A DNA stretch of 64,000 nt from an uncultured Rhodospirillales bacterium. Lineage in GTDB: Bacteria > Pseudomonadota > Alphaproteobacteria > Acetobacterales > Acetobacteraceae. The translations under genes were made by a program, and so were the position numbers. Shown one piece after another: positions 37,203 through 47,824 of the stretch (within the stretch, counting starts at the first letter, position 1; the number at the start of each line of letters is the position of its first letter). The notes under the pieces were generated by a model. The model ran no database searches. It was not told the origin of the DNA and was given only the letters and a program-made list of their open reading frames with translations. The stretch covers positions 22,826-86,825 of the forward strand of contig CAIQQQ010000344.1 in assembly GCA_903873995.1 (NCBI GenBank), in the 5' to 3' direction.

Positions 37203-39839
37203 TCATTCAGCGAGCCGGCGCAGGCGGTAAATCGCATCAAGGGCCTCACGGGGGCTCATCGTATCTGGATCAAGCTCGTCCAGCGCCGAACGCAGTTTGT
37301 CATCCAGCGCCGGTTCGGGTTCTGGGGGTGATGCAAACAGTGGCAGGGAAGCCGCATCCGTCAAGCGTCCGGCGCGGCTTTCCAGTGCCTGAAGCAGATG
37401 GCCGGCGCGTTTGACCACATCGGCGGGAATACCGGCGAGCCGCGCAACATGAACGCCCCAGCTTCGCCCGGCGGCGCCGCGGCCGATTTCATGCAGAAAC
37501 ACCACTTCGCCCCTGTGCTCCCGTACCTTCATGGCGTGTGGCGCGAGATGTGGCAGCTCGCCTGTGAGTTGCGACAGCTCGTGAAAATGTGTGGCAAAGA
37601 TGGTGCGGCAGCGCACGACGTTGTGCAGTGCCTCCAGCACCGCCCAGGCGATTGCCAACCCGTCCAACGTGGCGGTGCCGCGGCCGATCTCGTCGACAAC
37701 AACGAGGCTCCGCGGGCCGGCCTGGTGCAGGATGGATGCTGTCTCCGTCATCTCCACCATGAAGGTACTGCGTCCCCGCGCCAGATCGTCCGCAGCACCG
37801 ACACGGGAGAACAGGCGGTCCACAATGCCGATCGATGCCGACGCGGCCGGCACTGGCAGTCCGGCCTGCGCCATCACGACAATCAGCGCCGATTGTCTCA
37901 GAAAGGTTGATTTTCCAGCCATGTTGGGGCCCGTCAGGAGCAGTAGTCGACGGTCCGGCGGCAAATGGCAGTCATTCGGCACAAAGGCCGTGCGACCGGA
38001 GATCGCGGCCTCTACCACCGGATGGCGGCCGGCCTGGATGGCGAACTCGGTTCCATCTGTGACATCGGCGCGGCACCAAGTACCTGGCTCGGCCAATTTG
38101 GCGGCCGACTGCAGGACATCGATCCAGGCCAACGCCTCAGCGCAGGACGACAGGGCATCCGCTTTGGCCAGCGCCTTGCTGACCAGATGCGCAAACACCA
38201 GTCGCTCGCGCCGGATGGCTTGGTCGGCTGCTTCACCGATCCTTCGGTCCAGATCCGACAACTCGGGTGTTGTGAAGCGTGCGCCATTGGCCATGCCCTG
38301 GCGCAAAGTGAGCGCTGGATGCGCCCGCAGGCCTTCGACCGCGGCTGCCGGCACCTCGATCACGTAGCCGAGCTGGGCATGATGGCGGATCTTCAGGCTG
38401 GCCACCCCGAAGCGCTGCGCAAAATCGAGTTGTAACGTTGCGATGACGCGAAGGCTGTCGTCGCGCAGGGAGCGGTGGGCATCAAGCTCACTGTCAAACC
38501 CCCTGGCGATCGCGCCGTCCTCAACACGCAGGGGCACCGGGTCGGCCAGCGCCAGGGCGAGTAGATCGCTAAGCTCGGGCACCGCAACCAGGCTGGCTCG
38601 AGCCGCCGCGAGGATGGCTGGAGCGTTGTCCTCCAGAGATGATGCGATCCTGGCTGCGGCATCAAGACCGTCGCGAAGTGCTGCCAGATCACGCGGGCCG
38701 CCGCGGCCAAGTGAGAGGCGTCCAATGGCTCGGGCCATGTCTGGAACGCCGCGAAGTGCTGCACGAAATGCCATCGCTCTCTCATGATGCGCCAGCAGCC
38801 AGACCCAGCCATCTTGCCGCGCCACGACCCCTCGCGCGTCGGTGAGCGGAGCCGAGACAAGTTCAGCAAGCTTTCGCGCACCGGGCGCGGTCAGCGTGCG
38901 CTGGATGCTGCCCAGCAAAGTGTGCGAACCGCCGTCACGCGCGCGTGTGATCTCAAGGCTGGCGCGGGTTGGGGCGTCCAGTTCCAGACGGCCGGCCGGT
39001 CCTTGTGGAACTGGTTTCCCAAGGCGCGGCATCCGGCCGGACTGGGTGTCGCATACATAGGCGAGCGCCATTGCAGCCGCCTGCGCCTCGCCGTCTGTGA
39101 AGCTTCCGAATGCCTCAAGACTTGCCGCCGCGAACGCTTCGGCGAGGGTGCGGCGGGCCATCGCCGGCGCTGGCGGAGGTGGTGGTTCGGTCCGACGCGA
39201 CGCTTGTTCGCCCAATTCGATGGTACCACCGCTCAGAATCTCTGCCGGCTCCAGCCGCCCCAAAAGACCGGGCAGTTCCCCCAGCAAGACGCTTTGCGTC
39301 TCGAACACCCCGGTCGATATATCGAGCCAGGCGGCCCCGATCCTTTTGCCGTCCGGCACCAACGCCATAAGCAGATTGGCTCGGGAGGCGTCCAGGAGAC
39401 TTTCTTCCGTGAGGGTTCCGGGTGTGACCAGGCGCACCACTTCCCGCCGGATCGGTGCCTTGCCGGTCCGGAGTTTCGGATCTTCCATCTGCTCGCCCAC
39501 CGCCACGCGAAAGCCGCGGCGGATGAGGCGTGCCAGATAGGCCTCAGCGGCGGACACCGGCACGCCGCACATCTGGATCGGCTTACCATCATGCTCGCCC
39601 CGATGTGTCAGCGCGATGTCCAGCGCCTGGGCGGCGGCTTCGGCATCCGCGAAAAACAGCTCGTAAAAATCGCCCATGCGGAAGAACAGAAGTGCTTCTG
39701 GATTCAGCGCTTTGAGGCTGAACCATTGCGCCATAGCGGGGGTCGCGGTCGGGGGGACGGTCATGGGCCATGCTACCAGCCGGGGCGCTTGCCCGAACAG
39801 GGCGCGTCCGTCAGATTGCAAAACGGAGAAACGTCGCAT
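37203..39839 (-). CDS. mutS: DNA mismatch repair protein MutS
   Basis: 'TPAMAQWFSLK...FFRMGDFYELFF' and Walker A 'TGPNMAGKSTFLRQ'. The start may be the internal ATG at 39764 (MTVPP). Confidence 0.92.
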   Translation of the reverse strand: MRRFSVLQSDGRALFGQAPRLVAWPMTVPPTATPAMAQWFSLKALNPEALLFFRMGDFYELFFADAEAAAQALDIALTHRGEHDGKPIQMCGVPVSAAEAYLARLIRRGFRVAVGEQMEDPKLRTGKAPIRREVVRLVTPGTLTEESLLDASRANLLMALVPDGKRIGAAWLDISTGVFETQSVLLGELPGLLGRLEPAEILSGGTIELGEQASRRTEPPPPPAPAMARRTLAEAFAAASLEAFGSFTDGEAQAAAMALAYVCDTQSGRMPRLGKPVPQGPAGRLELDAPTRASLEITRARDGGSHTLLGSIQRTLTAPGARKLAELVSAPLTDARGVVARQDGWVWLLAHHERAMAFRAALRGVPDMARAIGRLSLGRGGPRDLAALRDGLDAAARIASSLEDNAPAILAAARASLVAVPELSDLLALALADPVPLRVEDGAIARGFDSELDAHRSLRDDSLRVIATLQLDFAQRFGVASLKIRHHAQLGYVIEVPAAAVEGLRAHPALTLRQGMANGARFTTPELSDLDRRIGEAADQAIRRERLVFAHLVSKALAKADALSSCAEALAWIDVLQSAAKLAEPGTWCRADVTDGTEFAIQAGRHPVVEAAISGRTAFVPNDCHLPPDRRLLLLTGPNMAGKSTFLRQSALIVVMAQAGLPVPAASASIGIVDRLFSRVGAADDLARGRSTFMVEMTETASILHQAGPRSLVVVDEIGRGTATLDGLAIAWAVLEALHNVVRCRTIFATHFHELSQLTGELPHLAPHAMKVREHRGEVVFLHEIGRGAAGRSWGVHVARLAGIPADVVKRAGHLLQALESRAGRLTDAASLPLFASPPEPEPALDDKLRSALDELDPDTMSPREALDAIYRLRRLAE

Positions 39840-39854
39840 TCAAGGAACAAGACA

Positions 39855-42140
39855 ATGGCTGACGCCCATCAGGACGGCCGCACCACGCGTGTTTCGGCCG
39901 AAGAGGCGCTGGCGCTGCATAGCTCCGGCCGGCCGGGCAAGCTTGAGACGCGGATCTCCAAACCGATCGCCACGGCCCGCGACCTCAGCCTCGCCTACTC
40001 GCCAGGCGTGGCTGAGCCGTGTCTGCGCATTCACGACGATCCCGCTTTGGTCTACGATTATACCACCAAAGGGAACATGGTGGCGGTGGTTTCCAACGGA
40101 ACTGCGGTGCTCGGCTTGGGCAATCTCGGTGCTCTTGCGTCGAAGCCGGTGATGGAGGGCAAGGTCGCCCTGTTCAAGCGCTTTGCCGATGTCGACGGGA
40201 TCGATCTTTGCATCGACACGGAAGACGTGGACGCGATCATCAACTGCGTGCGCTATCTTGGCCCAAGCTTTGGCGGCATCAACCTTGAGGACATCAAGGC
40301 ACCCGAGTGCTTCATCATCGAGCAGCGGCTGCGCGAGCTGATGGACATTCCGGTCTTCCATGATGACCAGCACGGCACCGCCATCGTGGCGGCCGCGGGG
40401 CTCATCAATGCATGCCATCTGACAGCGCGCGATCTGCGTTCGGTCAAACTCGTGGTGAACGGCGCCGGTGCGGCTGCCATCGCCTGCGTGGAGTTGTTGA
40501 AAGCGATGGGCGCGCAGCCCAATCACATCATTCTGTGTGACACCAAGGGTGTGGTCTATCAGGGTCGCACGTCAGGCATGAACCAGTGGAAATCGGCACA
40601 CGCGGCCAAGACGGACGCACGCACTCTTGCCGAGGCACTTCAGGGTGCCGATGCGTTCTTCGGGCTCTCCGCCAAAGGTGCGCTGACGCAGGAGATGGTG
40701 GCCGGCATGGCCGATCATCCCATTATCTTCGCGATGGCCAACCCTGATCCTGAGATTACGCCGGAAGAGGCGCGCGCCGTCAGTCCGAACGCGATTATCG
40801 CGACAGGCCGCAGCGACTACCCGAACCAGGTCAACAACGTTCTGGGTTTTCCCTACATCTTTCGTGGCGCGCTCGACGTTCGCGCCAGCACGATCAATGA
40901 GGCGATGAAGATCGCTGCGGCCGAGGCACTGGCGATGCTCGCACGCGAGGATGTGCCGGACGAGGTCAGCTCGGCCGGTGGTGGACAAGGGCTGATGTTC
41001 GGACCGGATTACATCATTCCCAACGCATTCGATCCACGCCTGATCTCGCGCCTGCCGCCCGCCGTCGCAAAGGCCGCGATGGACAGCGGTGTGGCGCGCA
41101 AGCCACTGGCAGATCTGCGCAAATACGCACGTGAACTGTCAGGCCGTCTCGACGCCACCGCCAACGCGCTTGATGCTATTATGGAGCGGGTACGCGCCAA
41201 CCCGCAGCGCGTTGTGTTCGCGGAGGGCGAGGAAGAGAAGATGGTCCGAGCGGCTGTTGCGTTTCGCGATGCCGGTTACGGCACGCCCGTGCTGATCGGG
41301 CGCGAGGACCGTGTTCGGGCCAAGATGGCAAGCCTGGGCCTAGGTGACGCCAGCGGGATCGAGATCCACAACGCGAGACTGTCGCAGCGCAATGCCGACT
41401 ATGCCGCCTTCCTGTTCGCACGTCAGCAGCGGCAGGGGATGCTCGCACGCGATTGCCAGCGCATCGTGAACCAGGACCGCAACGTGTTCGCCGCCTGCAT
41501 GGTGGCGACGGGCGACGCAGATGCGATGGTGACGGGTTTGACGCGATCTGCCTCCGTTTGTCTGCACGACATCGGCATGGCGATCGATGTGGCGCCAGGA
41601 ACGGTCTCGTTCGGGCTGACACTGATGCTGGGCAGCCAAGGGCGAACGATCTTCATCGCGGATGCGCTGATGCATGAGCGGCCGAACTCGGAACAGCTGG
41701 CATGTATCGCCGTCGGTGCGGCAAAGGCTGCCCGCCAACTGGGGCATGAGCCTCGTGTAGCGTTGCTGTCGCATTCCACGTTCGGCAATCCGATGCATGC
41801 TACCGGCAACGCCATGCGCGCCGCCGTGGCACTGCTTGACGCGATGGAGGTCGATTTCGAATACGACGGCGAGATGAGCCCGGATGTCGCCCTCGACGAC
41901 AGTTTTCGCGCACTGTACCCGTTCTGCCGCCTGACCGGGCCTGCGAATGTGTTGCTGATGCCGGGCCTTCACTCGGCGCACATCACCTCTCGCCTGGCGC
42001 CGCGCCTGGGTGGCGGAAGCACCATTGGGCCACTGATCATCGGCCTGGAGCACGCAGCTCAACTGGTGACGATTGACAGTTCGGTGAGCCAGATCGTTGA
42101 TATGGCAACCTTGGCCGCGTATCAGGCGGTGACGACGTAA
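39855..42140 (+). CDS. maeB: NADP-dependent malic enzyme (malic enzyme plus phosphotransacetylase-like domain)
   Basis: 761 aa from MADAHQD. 'LSLAYSPGVAEPC' and 'VFHDDQHGTAIV'. The upstream 357 codons of the 1118-aa ORF are antisense to mutS and are rejected. Confidence 0.9.
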   Translation: MADAHQDGRTTRVSAEEALALHSSGRPGKLETRISKPIATARDLSLAYSPGVAEPCLRIHDDPALVYDYTTKGNMVAVVSNGTAVLGLGNLGALASKPVMEGKVALFKRFADVDGIDLCIDTEDVDAIINCVRYLGPSFGGINLEDIKAPECFIIEQRLRELMDIPVFHDDQHGTAIVAAAGLINACHLTARDLRSVKLVVNGAGAAAIACVELLKAMGAQPNHIILCDTKGVVYQGRTSGMNQWKSAHAAKTDARTLAEALQGADAFFGLSAKGALTQEMVAGMADHPIIFAMANPDPEITPEEARAVSPNAIIATGRSDYPNQVNNVLGFPYIFRGALDVRASTINEAMKIAAAEALAMLAREDVPDEVSSAGGGQGLMFGPDYIIPNAFDPRLISRLPPAVAKAAMDSGVARKPLADLRKYARELSGRLDATANALDAIMERVRANPQRVVFAEGEEEKMVRAAVAFRDAGYGTPVLIGREDRVRAKMASLGLGDASGIEIHNARLSQRNADYAAFLFARQQRQGMLARDCQRIVNQDRNVFAACMVATGDADAMVTGLTRSASVCLHDIGMAIDVAPGTVSFGLTLMLGSQGRTIFIADALMHERPNSEQLACIAVGAAKAARQLGHEPRVALLSHSTFGNPMHATGNAMRAAVALLDAMEVDFEYDGEMSPDVALDDSFRALYPFCRLTGPANVLLMPGLHSAHITSRLAPRLGGGSTIGPLIIGLEHAAQLVTIDSSVSQIVDMATLAAYQAVTT

Positions 42141-42218
42141 GGCAGTTTCAGGCTGAGCTAAATCAAGCTGTAGTCTTCTGAGTGGCAGTCTGTTTCATCG
42201 AGAGTGCGAGACTAGTTC

Positions 42219-43499
42219 ATGTCCGATCCCACAACAACACGTAGCCGCATTTCCTCTATCTTTGGAGGATCAGTAGGAAATCTAATTGAATGGTATGATT
42301 TCTATATATATAATTTTCTTGCTCTATATTTCGCAAAGGCGTTCTTTCCAAATTCCGATCCGACGGCACAGATGCTCAACACCTTCGGCATCTATGCGAT
42401 CGGCTTCCTGATCCGCCCGGTCGGCGGCTGGATCCTCGGTGCCTATGCCGACCGCGCCGGCCGAAGGGCGTCACTCAGCCTGTCCGTGACGCTGATGTGC
42501 CTGGGTTCGCTGATCATCGCATTGGCGCCAACATTCAAGGATGCTGGCGTCATCGCACCCTTGTTGCTGCTGGGTGCGCGCCTGCTGCAGGGCATCTCTT
42601 TGGGTGGCGAATACGGTGCGTCCGCCACCTATCTCTCGGAGATCGCCGGCGAGAAGAACCGTGGCTTTTACAGCAGCTTTCAATACGTGACGCTTATCGG
42701 CGGGCAGGTGCTGGGCAGTCTGACACTGCTGATCATGCAGCTTGCCTACACCCCTGCCGAGCTTGAGGCCGGAGGCTGGCGCATTCCATTCTATATCGGT
42801 GCAGCCTGCGCATTGTTCGGCCTCTACCTGCGGCGCGGCCTGGTGGAGAGCGCCGAGTTCAAGGCTGTGCAGAAGCTGCCGCGCGGCAACCCGTTCACGG
42901 AGCTGCTGAAGCACCCCCGCGCCGTGCTGCTGGTGTTCGGCCTCACAATGGGCGGGACCACGGCGTTCTACACCTACACAACCTACATGCCGACCTTCCT
43001 CGTCAACACCGTGAAGCTGACGCGCGACCAGGCCACCCAGATCTCGTTCATCACGCTGCTGATCTATGCGTGTCTGCAGCCCGTGTTTGGCGCCCTGTCC
43101 GATCGGATCGGCCGGCGCCCGGTGCTGAGCTTCTTTGCGATCGGCGGGACGCTCGGGACCGTGCCCATGCTGACCTTGCTGTCCCAGACGCATGATTATC
43201 TGACTGCGTTGCTGCTCACGCTGTCCGCCCTGGTTGTGGTGTCCGGCTACACGGCGATCAATGCGGTGGTGAAGGCCGAGCTGTTCCCGGCTAATGTCCG
43301 GGCCTTGGGCGTCGGCTTTCCATATGCGGTCGCTGTGTCGATCTTCGGCGGCACGGCTCCCTATATCGCGCTGAGCTTCAAAGATGCGGGACTGGAGAGT
43401 GGATTTTATTGGTATGTCACAGCTCTGATCGCAATCTCTGGCGTGGTTTACGCCCGGATGCGTGAGACCAAGGTTGCGTCTCTCATGGCGCGTGACTGA
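42219..43499 (+). CDS. MFS transporter, metabolite:H+ symporter (KgtP/ProP-like) family
   Basis: 426 aa. 'GNLIEWYDFYIY' and 'GAYADRAGRR' are typical of this family. Twelve predicted transmembrane segments. Confidence 0.8.
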   Translation: MSDPTTTRSRISSIFGGSVGNLIEWYDFYIYNFLALYFAKAFFPNSDPTAQMLNTFGIYAIGFLIRPVGGWILGAYADRAGRRASLSLSVTLMCLGSLIIALAPTFKDAGVIAPLLLLGARLLQGISLGGEYGASATYLSEIAGEKNRGFYSSFQYVTLIGGQVLGSLTLLIMQLAYTPAELEAGGWRIPFYIGAACALFGLYLRRGLVESAEFKAVQKLPRGNPFTELLKHPRAVLLVFGLTMGGTTAFYTYTTYMPTFLVNTVKLTRDQATQISFITLLIYACLQPVFGALSDRIGRRPVLSFFAIGGTLGTVPMLTLLSQTHDYLTALLLTLSALVVVSGYTAINAVVKAELFPANVRALGVGFPYAVAVSIFGGTAPYIALSFKDAGLESGFYWYVTALIAISGVVYARMRETKVASLMARD

Positions 43500-43545
43500 T
43501 CGGAACATCTTGCGTGGCAGGCGTCTTTGGCGCCAGACCGACATT

Positions 43546-44724
43546 ATGAACACGTCGCGCTCCAACACCGCGTTGCCGATTGGTCTCCTGGCGGCAGCTG
43601 GTTTCTTATCCTCGGCGGGCGCCCGCGTGATCGACCCGCTGCTTCATGTGATCGCAACCGATTTTGCGACCACGGTGCCGATTGTGGCGGTCGTGATCAC
43701 CGCGTTCACTCTGCCTTACGGCCTGAACCAGCTCGTCCTTGGCCCGGTTGGTGACAAATACGGCAAGCTCCGAGTGATGCTGGGAGCCTTGGTTGCCTAT
43801 GCCGTGGCAACCGCATCCTGCGCATTGGCAGGAAATCTCGCCAGTCTCACATTCTTGCGCGCCATTGCCGGCGCTTCGAGCGCTGGGCTGATACCGGTAG
43901 GTCTTGCGTATATCGGTGACGCGGTCCCTTACGAGCAACGTCAGGTGACACTGAGCCGCTTTTTGACAGGCGTAATGGTGGCACAGATGGTCGCTGGCCC
44001 TGTCGGCGGGCTGTTCGGTGACACTATTGGATGGCGCGGTGTGTTCCTCGTGCTGGCGTTTGGAGCCATGATCGTTGCGGGCCTGCTCGCGTGGCGAATC
44101 CGTGGCTTACCGGACCGCCGCAGCGCCAACGCGACGTTCAATCCTAGGCTCTACGCGCGGCTCGCGCGAGGAGCATTTTCTCGCCCTCTGCTGATCGGCG
44201 CGATGCTGGACGGTATGATCATGGCTGGAAGCTTTCCATTCATAGCCCCCTATTTGCATGACGGGTTTGGCCTCAGCTACCAGCGTGTCGGGCTCGTGCT
44301 GGCTTGTTTCGGGCTTGGCGCGCTGGTCTACACGCAGTTGGCTAGCCGCATCATTCCCCGCTTTGGCGAGCCTGGTATGGTGACGGTTGGCGGGTTGCTG
44401 ATGTCGGCAGGGCTCGTAGTCGGAATGACAGCTGGGTCTGGGCTTGTGTTTGTGCTCGTCGAACTCATGCTGGGCCTTGGCTTTTTCATGCTGCATGGCG
44501 TCCTTCAGGCGCGAGCGACCGAGATGTTGCCGGATGCCCGCGCGACAGCGGTTTCGTCCTTCGCCTGTGTCCTGTTTATCGGGCAGTCTCTTGGCGCCGC
44601 ATCGATGGGAGTCCTTATCCAGCTTTACGGCTATCAGGTAGCCTTCCTAATCGACGCCGCTGCCATATTTGTCATGGCCCTTTGGCTGCGGGCCCTGTTG
44701 CGCAACAGGGTCGCACAGCGTTAG
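43546..44724 (+). CDS. MFS transporter
   Basis: About 392 aa, polytopic. 'GPVGDKYGKLRV' MFS motif A-like. Start at MNTSRSN. Confidence 0.75.
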   Translation: MNTSRSNTALPIGLLAAAGFLSSAGARVIDPLLHVIATDFATTVPIVAVVITAFTLPYGLNQLVLGPVGDKYGKLRVMLGALVAYAVATASCALAGNLASLTFLRAIAGASSAGLIPVGLAYIGDAVPYEQRQVTLSRFLTGVMVAQMVAGPVGGLFGDTIGWRGVFLVLAFGAMIVAGLLAWRIRGLPDRRSANATFNPRLYARLARGAFSRPLLIGAMLDGMIMAGSFPFIAPYLHDGFGLSYQRVGLVLACFGLGALVYTQLASRIIPRFGEPGMVTVGGLLMSAGLVVGMTAGSGLVFVLVELMLGLGFFMLHGVLQARATEMLPDARATAVSSFACVLFIGQSLGAASMGVLIQLYGYQVAFLIDAAAIFVMALWLRALLRNRVAQR

Positions 44725-44751
44725 GTGCGGGATTGAGATGATGCAGGGACC

Positions 44752-45987
44752 TTGGTGATGCGCGTGAAGGATGTGAAGAAAGTTGTGCTGGCCTATTCTG
44801 GTGGGCTGGACACCAGCGTGATCCTGCGCTGGCTGCAGACAACCTATGACTGCGAGGTGGTGACGTTCACGGCCGATCTCGGCCAGGGCGAGGAGCTTGA
44901 GCCCGCACGACGCAAGGCTGAAATGTTTGGCGTGAAACAAATCTTCGTCGACGACTTGCGCGAGACCTTCGTGCGGGAGTTCTGCTTCCCGATGTTCCGC
45001 GCCAACGCTCTCTATGAAGGCCTCTATCTGCTCGGCACATCTATCGCCCGTCCACTGATCGCGCAGCGCCAGATCGAGATTGCCGAAATGGTGGGTGCTG
45101 ACGCTGTGGCCCACGGCGCGACGGGCAAAGGCAATGACCAGGTGCGCTTCGAGCTTGCCTATTACGCGTTGAAGCCAGACGTCAAGGTTATCGCCCCCTG
45201 GCGCGAGTGGGATCTCACCAGCCGCACCCGGTTGCTGGAATTCGCCGAGACCCATCAGATCCCAATCACCAAGGACAAGCGCGGCGAGGCACCGTTCTCG
45301 GTCGATGCGAACCTCCTGCACTCCTCGAGCGAGGGCAAGGTCGTGGAGGATCCGGGCATGGAGGCCGATGAAATGGTCTACCAGCGTACGATCCGCCCCG
45401 AGGACGCGCCAGACGTCGCCACTTACATCACGATCGACTTCGTCCACGGCGATCCCGTCGCGATCAACGGCGAGGCCCTGACACCAGCGGCATTCCTGAC
45501 CAGACTCAACGAGCTCGGCAAGTTGAACGGCATCGGCCGGCTCGACCTGGTGGAGAACCGCTTCGTTGGCATGAAGTCCCGCGGGATCTACGAGACCCCG
45601 GGCGGTACGATCTGGCTGGCAGCGCATCGCGGTATAGAAAGCATCACGCTCGATCGCGAGGCCGGCCACCTCAAGGACAGCCTGATGCCGAAATACGCCG
45701 AGCTGATCTATAACGGCTTCTGGTTCAGCCCGGAGCGTCGCATGCTCCAGGCGGCGATCGATGCTAGTCAGCAATCCGTCACAGGCCGCGTGCGGATAAA
45801 GCTGTATAAGGGCAATGTCTCGGTCGTCGGGCGTGAAAGCCCCAACACGCTTCACTCCATGAAAGTCGTGACGTTCGAGGACGATCAGGGCGCGTATGAC
45901 CAGTTCGACGCGCAGGGATTCATCAAGCTGAACGCGCTGCGCCTGCGCCTTGGCGCCATGGCTGGCCGCAAGGGAGGGAGCCTGTAA
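44752..45987 (+). CDS. argG: Argininosuccinate synthase
   Basis: '[13 protein letters not shown]', '[15 protein letters not shown]'. 411 aa. Confidence 0.93.
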   Translation: MVMRVKDVKKVVLAYSGGLDTSVILRWLQTTYDCEVVTFTADLGQGEELEPARRKAEMFGVKQIFVDDLRETFVREFCFPMFRANALYEGLYLLGTSIARPLIAQRQIEIAEMVGADAVAHGATGKGNDQVRFELAYYALKPDVKVIAPWREWDLTSRTRLLEFAETHQIPITKDKRGEAPFSVDANLLHSSSEGKVVEDPGMEADEMVYQRTIRPEDAPDVATYITIDFVHGDPVAINGEALTPAAFLTRLNELGKLNGIGRLDLVENRFVGMKSRGIYETPGGTIWLAAHRGIESITLDREAGHLKDSLMPKYAELIYNGFWFSPERRMLQAAIDASQQSVTGRVRIKLYKGNVSVVGRESPNTLHSMKVVTFEDDQGAYDQFDAQGFIKLNALRLRLGAMAGRKGGSL

Positions 45988-46493
45988 TGACCTTATCAAT
46001 GTCCGCTGTGTCGATCCCGGTGATCAAGCAGATGCTGGGCAGCCTGTCGGCGATCCTGGAGAAGGCTGCCGCCTTCGCAGCACAGAAGAAGATTGACGAG
46101 CAGGTGCTGCTGTCCGCGCGTCTGGCACCCGATATGCTGCCGCTCACCCGGCAAGTGCAGATCGCCTCTGATATGTGCAAGGGCGGCATGGCGCGCCTGG
46201 CTGGCGTTGAGATCCCGAAATACGAGGACACCGAAGCAAGCTTTGCCGAGCTCCAGGCCCGCATCGTCAAGACCCTGGCGTTTATAGAGACGCTTCCGAC
46301 CGATGCAATCGATGCATCGGCGGAGAGGGTGATCGTCATCAAGCTGCGGGATCGCGAAATCACGTTCACCGGGCTGACCAATGTTTTGCACTGGGTGTTC
46401 CCACACATGATCTTCCACGTGACCACCGCCTACGACATCTTGCGCCACAACGGTGTTGAACTGGGCAAGCGCGACTTTATCGGCTCGTTCTGA
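45987..46493 (+). CDS. DUF1993-like (DinB-fold) protein
   Basis: 168 aa. The start shares one nt with the argG stop (TAATG). The family call is from general resemblance only. Confidence 0.5.
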   Translation: MTLSMSAVSIPVIKQMLGSLSAILEKAAAFAAQKKIDEQVLLSARLAPDMLPLTRQVQIASDMCKGGMARLAGVEIPKYEDTEASFAELQARIVKTLAFIETLPTDAIDASAERVIVIKLRDREITFTGLTNVLHWVFPHMIFHVTTAYDILRHNGVELGKRDFIGSF

Positions 46494-46514
46494 GCGGGGG
46501 GCCCCGAACAGCCG

Positions 46515-46539
46515 CAAGGCGAGGATCACCCTCGCCTTG
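46515..46539 (+). terminator. Hairpin (10-bp stem CAAGGCGAGG/CCTCGCCTTG, 5-nt loop) after the argG-DUF1993 pair
   Basis: Read directly. There is no strong T-tract. Its position argues against the 46539 start for the next gene. Confidence 0.4.
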
Positions 46540-46607
46540 TGCTAGCTCATCTTGCGCCGTTCCCATCGAACCTTTCAGAATGCTCTGGTGAACCTGGAGC
46601 TTTCGAC

Positions 46608-47780
46608 ATGCCTGCCATCAACCGGATCGCCGCCGACACCGCTGAGCTGACAGAATGGCGGCGAGATCTACACGCTCACCCGGAACTCGGCTTCGAAGAG
46701 GTTCGAACCTCTCAAATCGTGGCCGACAAACTGGCCAGTTGGGGCATCGCCGTGACCCGAGATATCGCGACCACCGGTCTTGTCGGTACTTTGACGGTCG
46801 GCTCATCCGATCGCGCCATCGGCATCCGCGCAGACATGGACGCGCTGCCGATGACCGAGGAGAATGAGTTCGCGCATGCCAGCCAGAACCCAGGCCGCAT
46901 GCATGCCTGCGGCCATGATGGGCACACCACCATGCTGCTGGGTGCTGCAAAATACCTTGCTGAGACCCGCAATTTCAACGGCACCGTGCACTTCATCTTT
47001 CAGCCGGCGGAAGAGGGGGGTGGCGGCGGTCGTGTGATGGTGGATGAAGGGCTGTTCGATCGATTCCCCTGCGACCTGGTATTCGGACTTCACAACGACT
47101 CGTCGATTCCAATTGGTAAGATGACCGCCGTCGAAGGCGCGGTTTCAGCAAATTCTGACCGTTTTTGGATTCATATCTCCGGCAAAGGAGGGCATGCCGC
47201 ACGCCCGCAGCGAGCCATTGATCCGGTGGTTGTCGGCAGCCATATCGTGCTGGCGCTGCAGTCGATCGTCTCGCGCCGCACTGATGCGCTGGACAGCGCG
47301 GTGATTTCCATCACGCAGTTTCATGCAGGGTCGGCGGGCAACGTGATTCCGGATGAGGCAAAACTCAACGGGACGGTCCGGACACTGAAGACAAAGGTTC
47401 AAGAGACCATCGAGCCTCTGATGCGGCAGATTATCGAAAACACTGCGGCCGCCCATGGTGCCGTGGGCAGGCTCGAATACACCCGCGGCTATCCGCCGGT
47501 CGTCAACAATCCAGATGCGACCGAACGTGCGGCGCTGGCGGCGGCACGGGTTGTGGGAGCGGAAAATGTGATCCGCAGCCGCCCCCCCGGCATGGGCGGT
47601 GAAGATTTCAGCTACATGGCCCAGAAGGTCCCGGGCTGTTTTGTTCGAGTGGGACAAGCCGCTGCCGACAAGGGCACGACGTCGGTTCATCATCCAAAAT
47701 ATGACTTCAACGATGACATATTGCCACTGGGAGCATCACTGTGGGCGACGCTCGTGGAACAGGAATTGCCTAAAAGCTAG
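46608..47780 (+). CDS. M20D-family amidohydrolase (hippurate hydrolase / N-acyl-amino-acid amidohydrolase-like)
   Basis: 'WRRDLHAHPELGFEE' and 'HACGHDGH'. GGAG lies 9 nt upstream of ATG 46608. Confidence 0.85.
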   Translation: MPAINRIAADTAELTEWRRDLHAHPELGFEEVRTSQIVADKLASWGIAVTRDIATTGLVGTLTVGSSDRAIGIRADMDALPMTEENEFAHASQNPGRMHACGHDGHTTMLLGAAKYLAETRNFNGTVHFIFQPAEEGGGGGRVMVDEGLFDRFPCDLVFGLHNDSSIPIGKMTAVEGAVSANSDRFWIHISGKGGHAARPQRAIDPVVVGSHIVLALQSIVSRRTDALDSAVISITQFHAGSAGNVIPDEAKLNGTVRTLKTKVQETIEPLMRQIIENTAAAHGAVGRLEYTRGYPPVVNNPDATERAALAAARVVGAENVIRSRPPGMGGEDFSYMAQKVPGCFVRVGQAAADKGTTSVHHPKYDFNDDILPLGASLWATLVEQELPKS

Positions 47781-47784
47781 GCTA

Positions 47785-47816
47785 GTCAGCCAGGAGCCTG
47801 GTGGCTCCTGGCTGAC
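47785..47816. terminator. Perfect 14-bp-stem hairpin between convergent genes (possible bidirectional terminator)
   Basis: GTCAGCCAGGAGCC-TGGT-GGCTCCTGGCTGAC read directly. T-runs on both sides are weak. Confidence 0.5.
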
Positions 47817-47824
47817 CTTATGGC

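Noticed and set aside
38784-39854. 357-codon N-terminal extension of the maeB ORF (1118 aa in the track)
   Set aside because: The extension is antisense to mutS and has no malic-enzyme similarity. A canonical MaeB N-terminus starts at ATG 39855, just after the divergent mutS start.
44647-45999. 450-aa ORF on the minus strand spanning the whole of argG
   Set aside because: It lies exactly antisense to a confidently identified argG, and its sequence has no recognisable motifs and a skewed composition. This is a typical high-GC shadow ORF. The same reasoning applies to 35331-36401 (antisense glnD), 47843-48895 (antisense ahcY), 42471-43568 (antisense MFS), 59827-60774, 58774-59544, 14991-15794 and 32369-33040.
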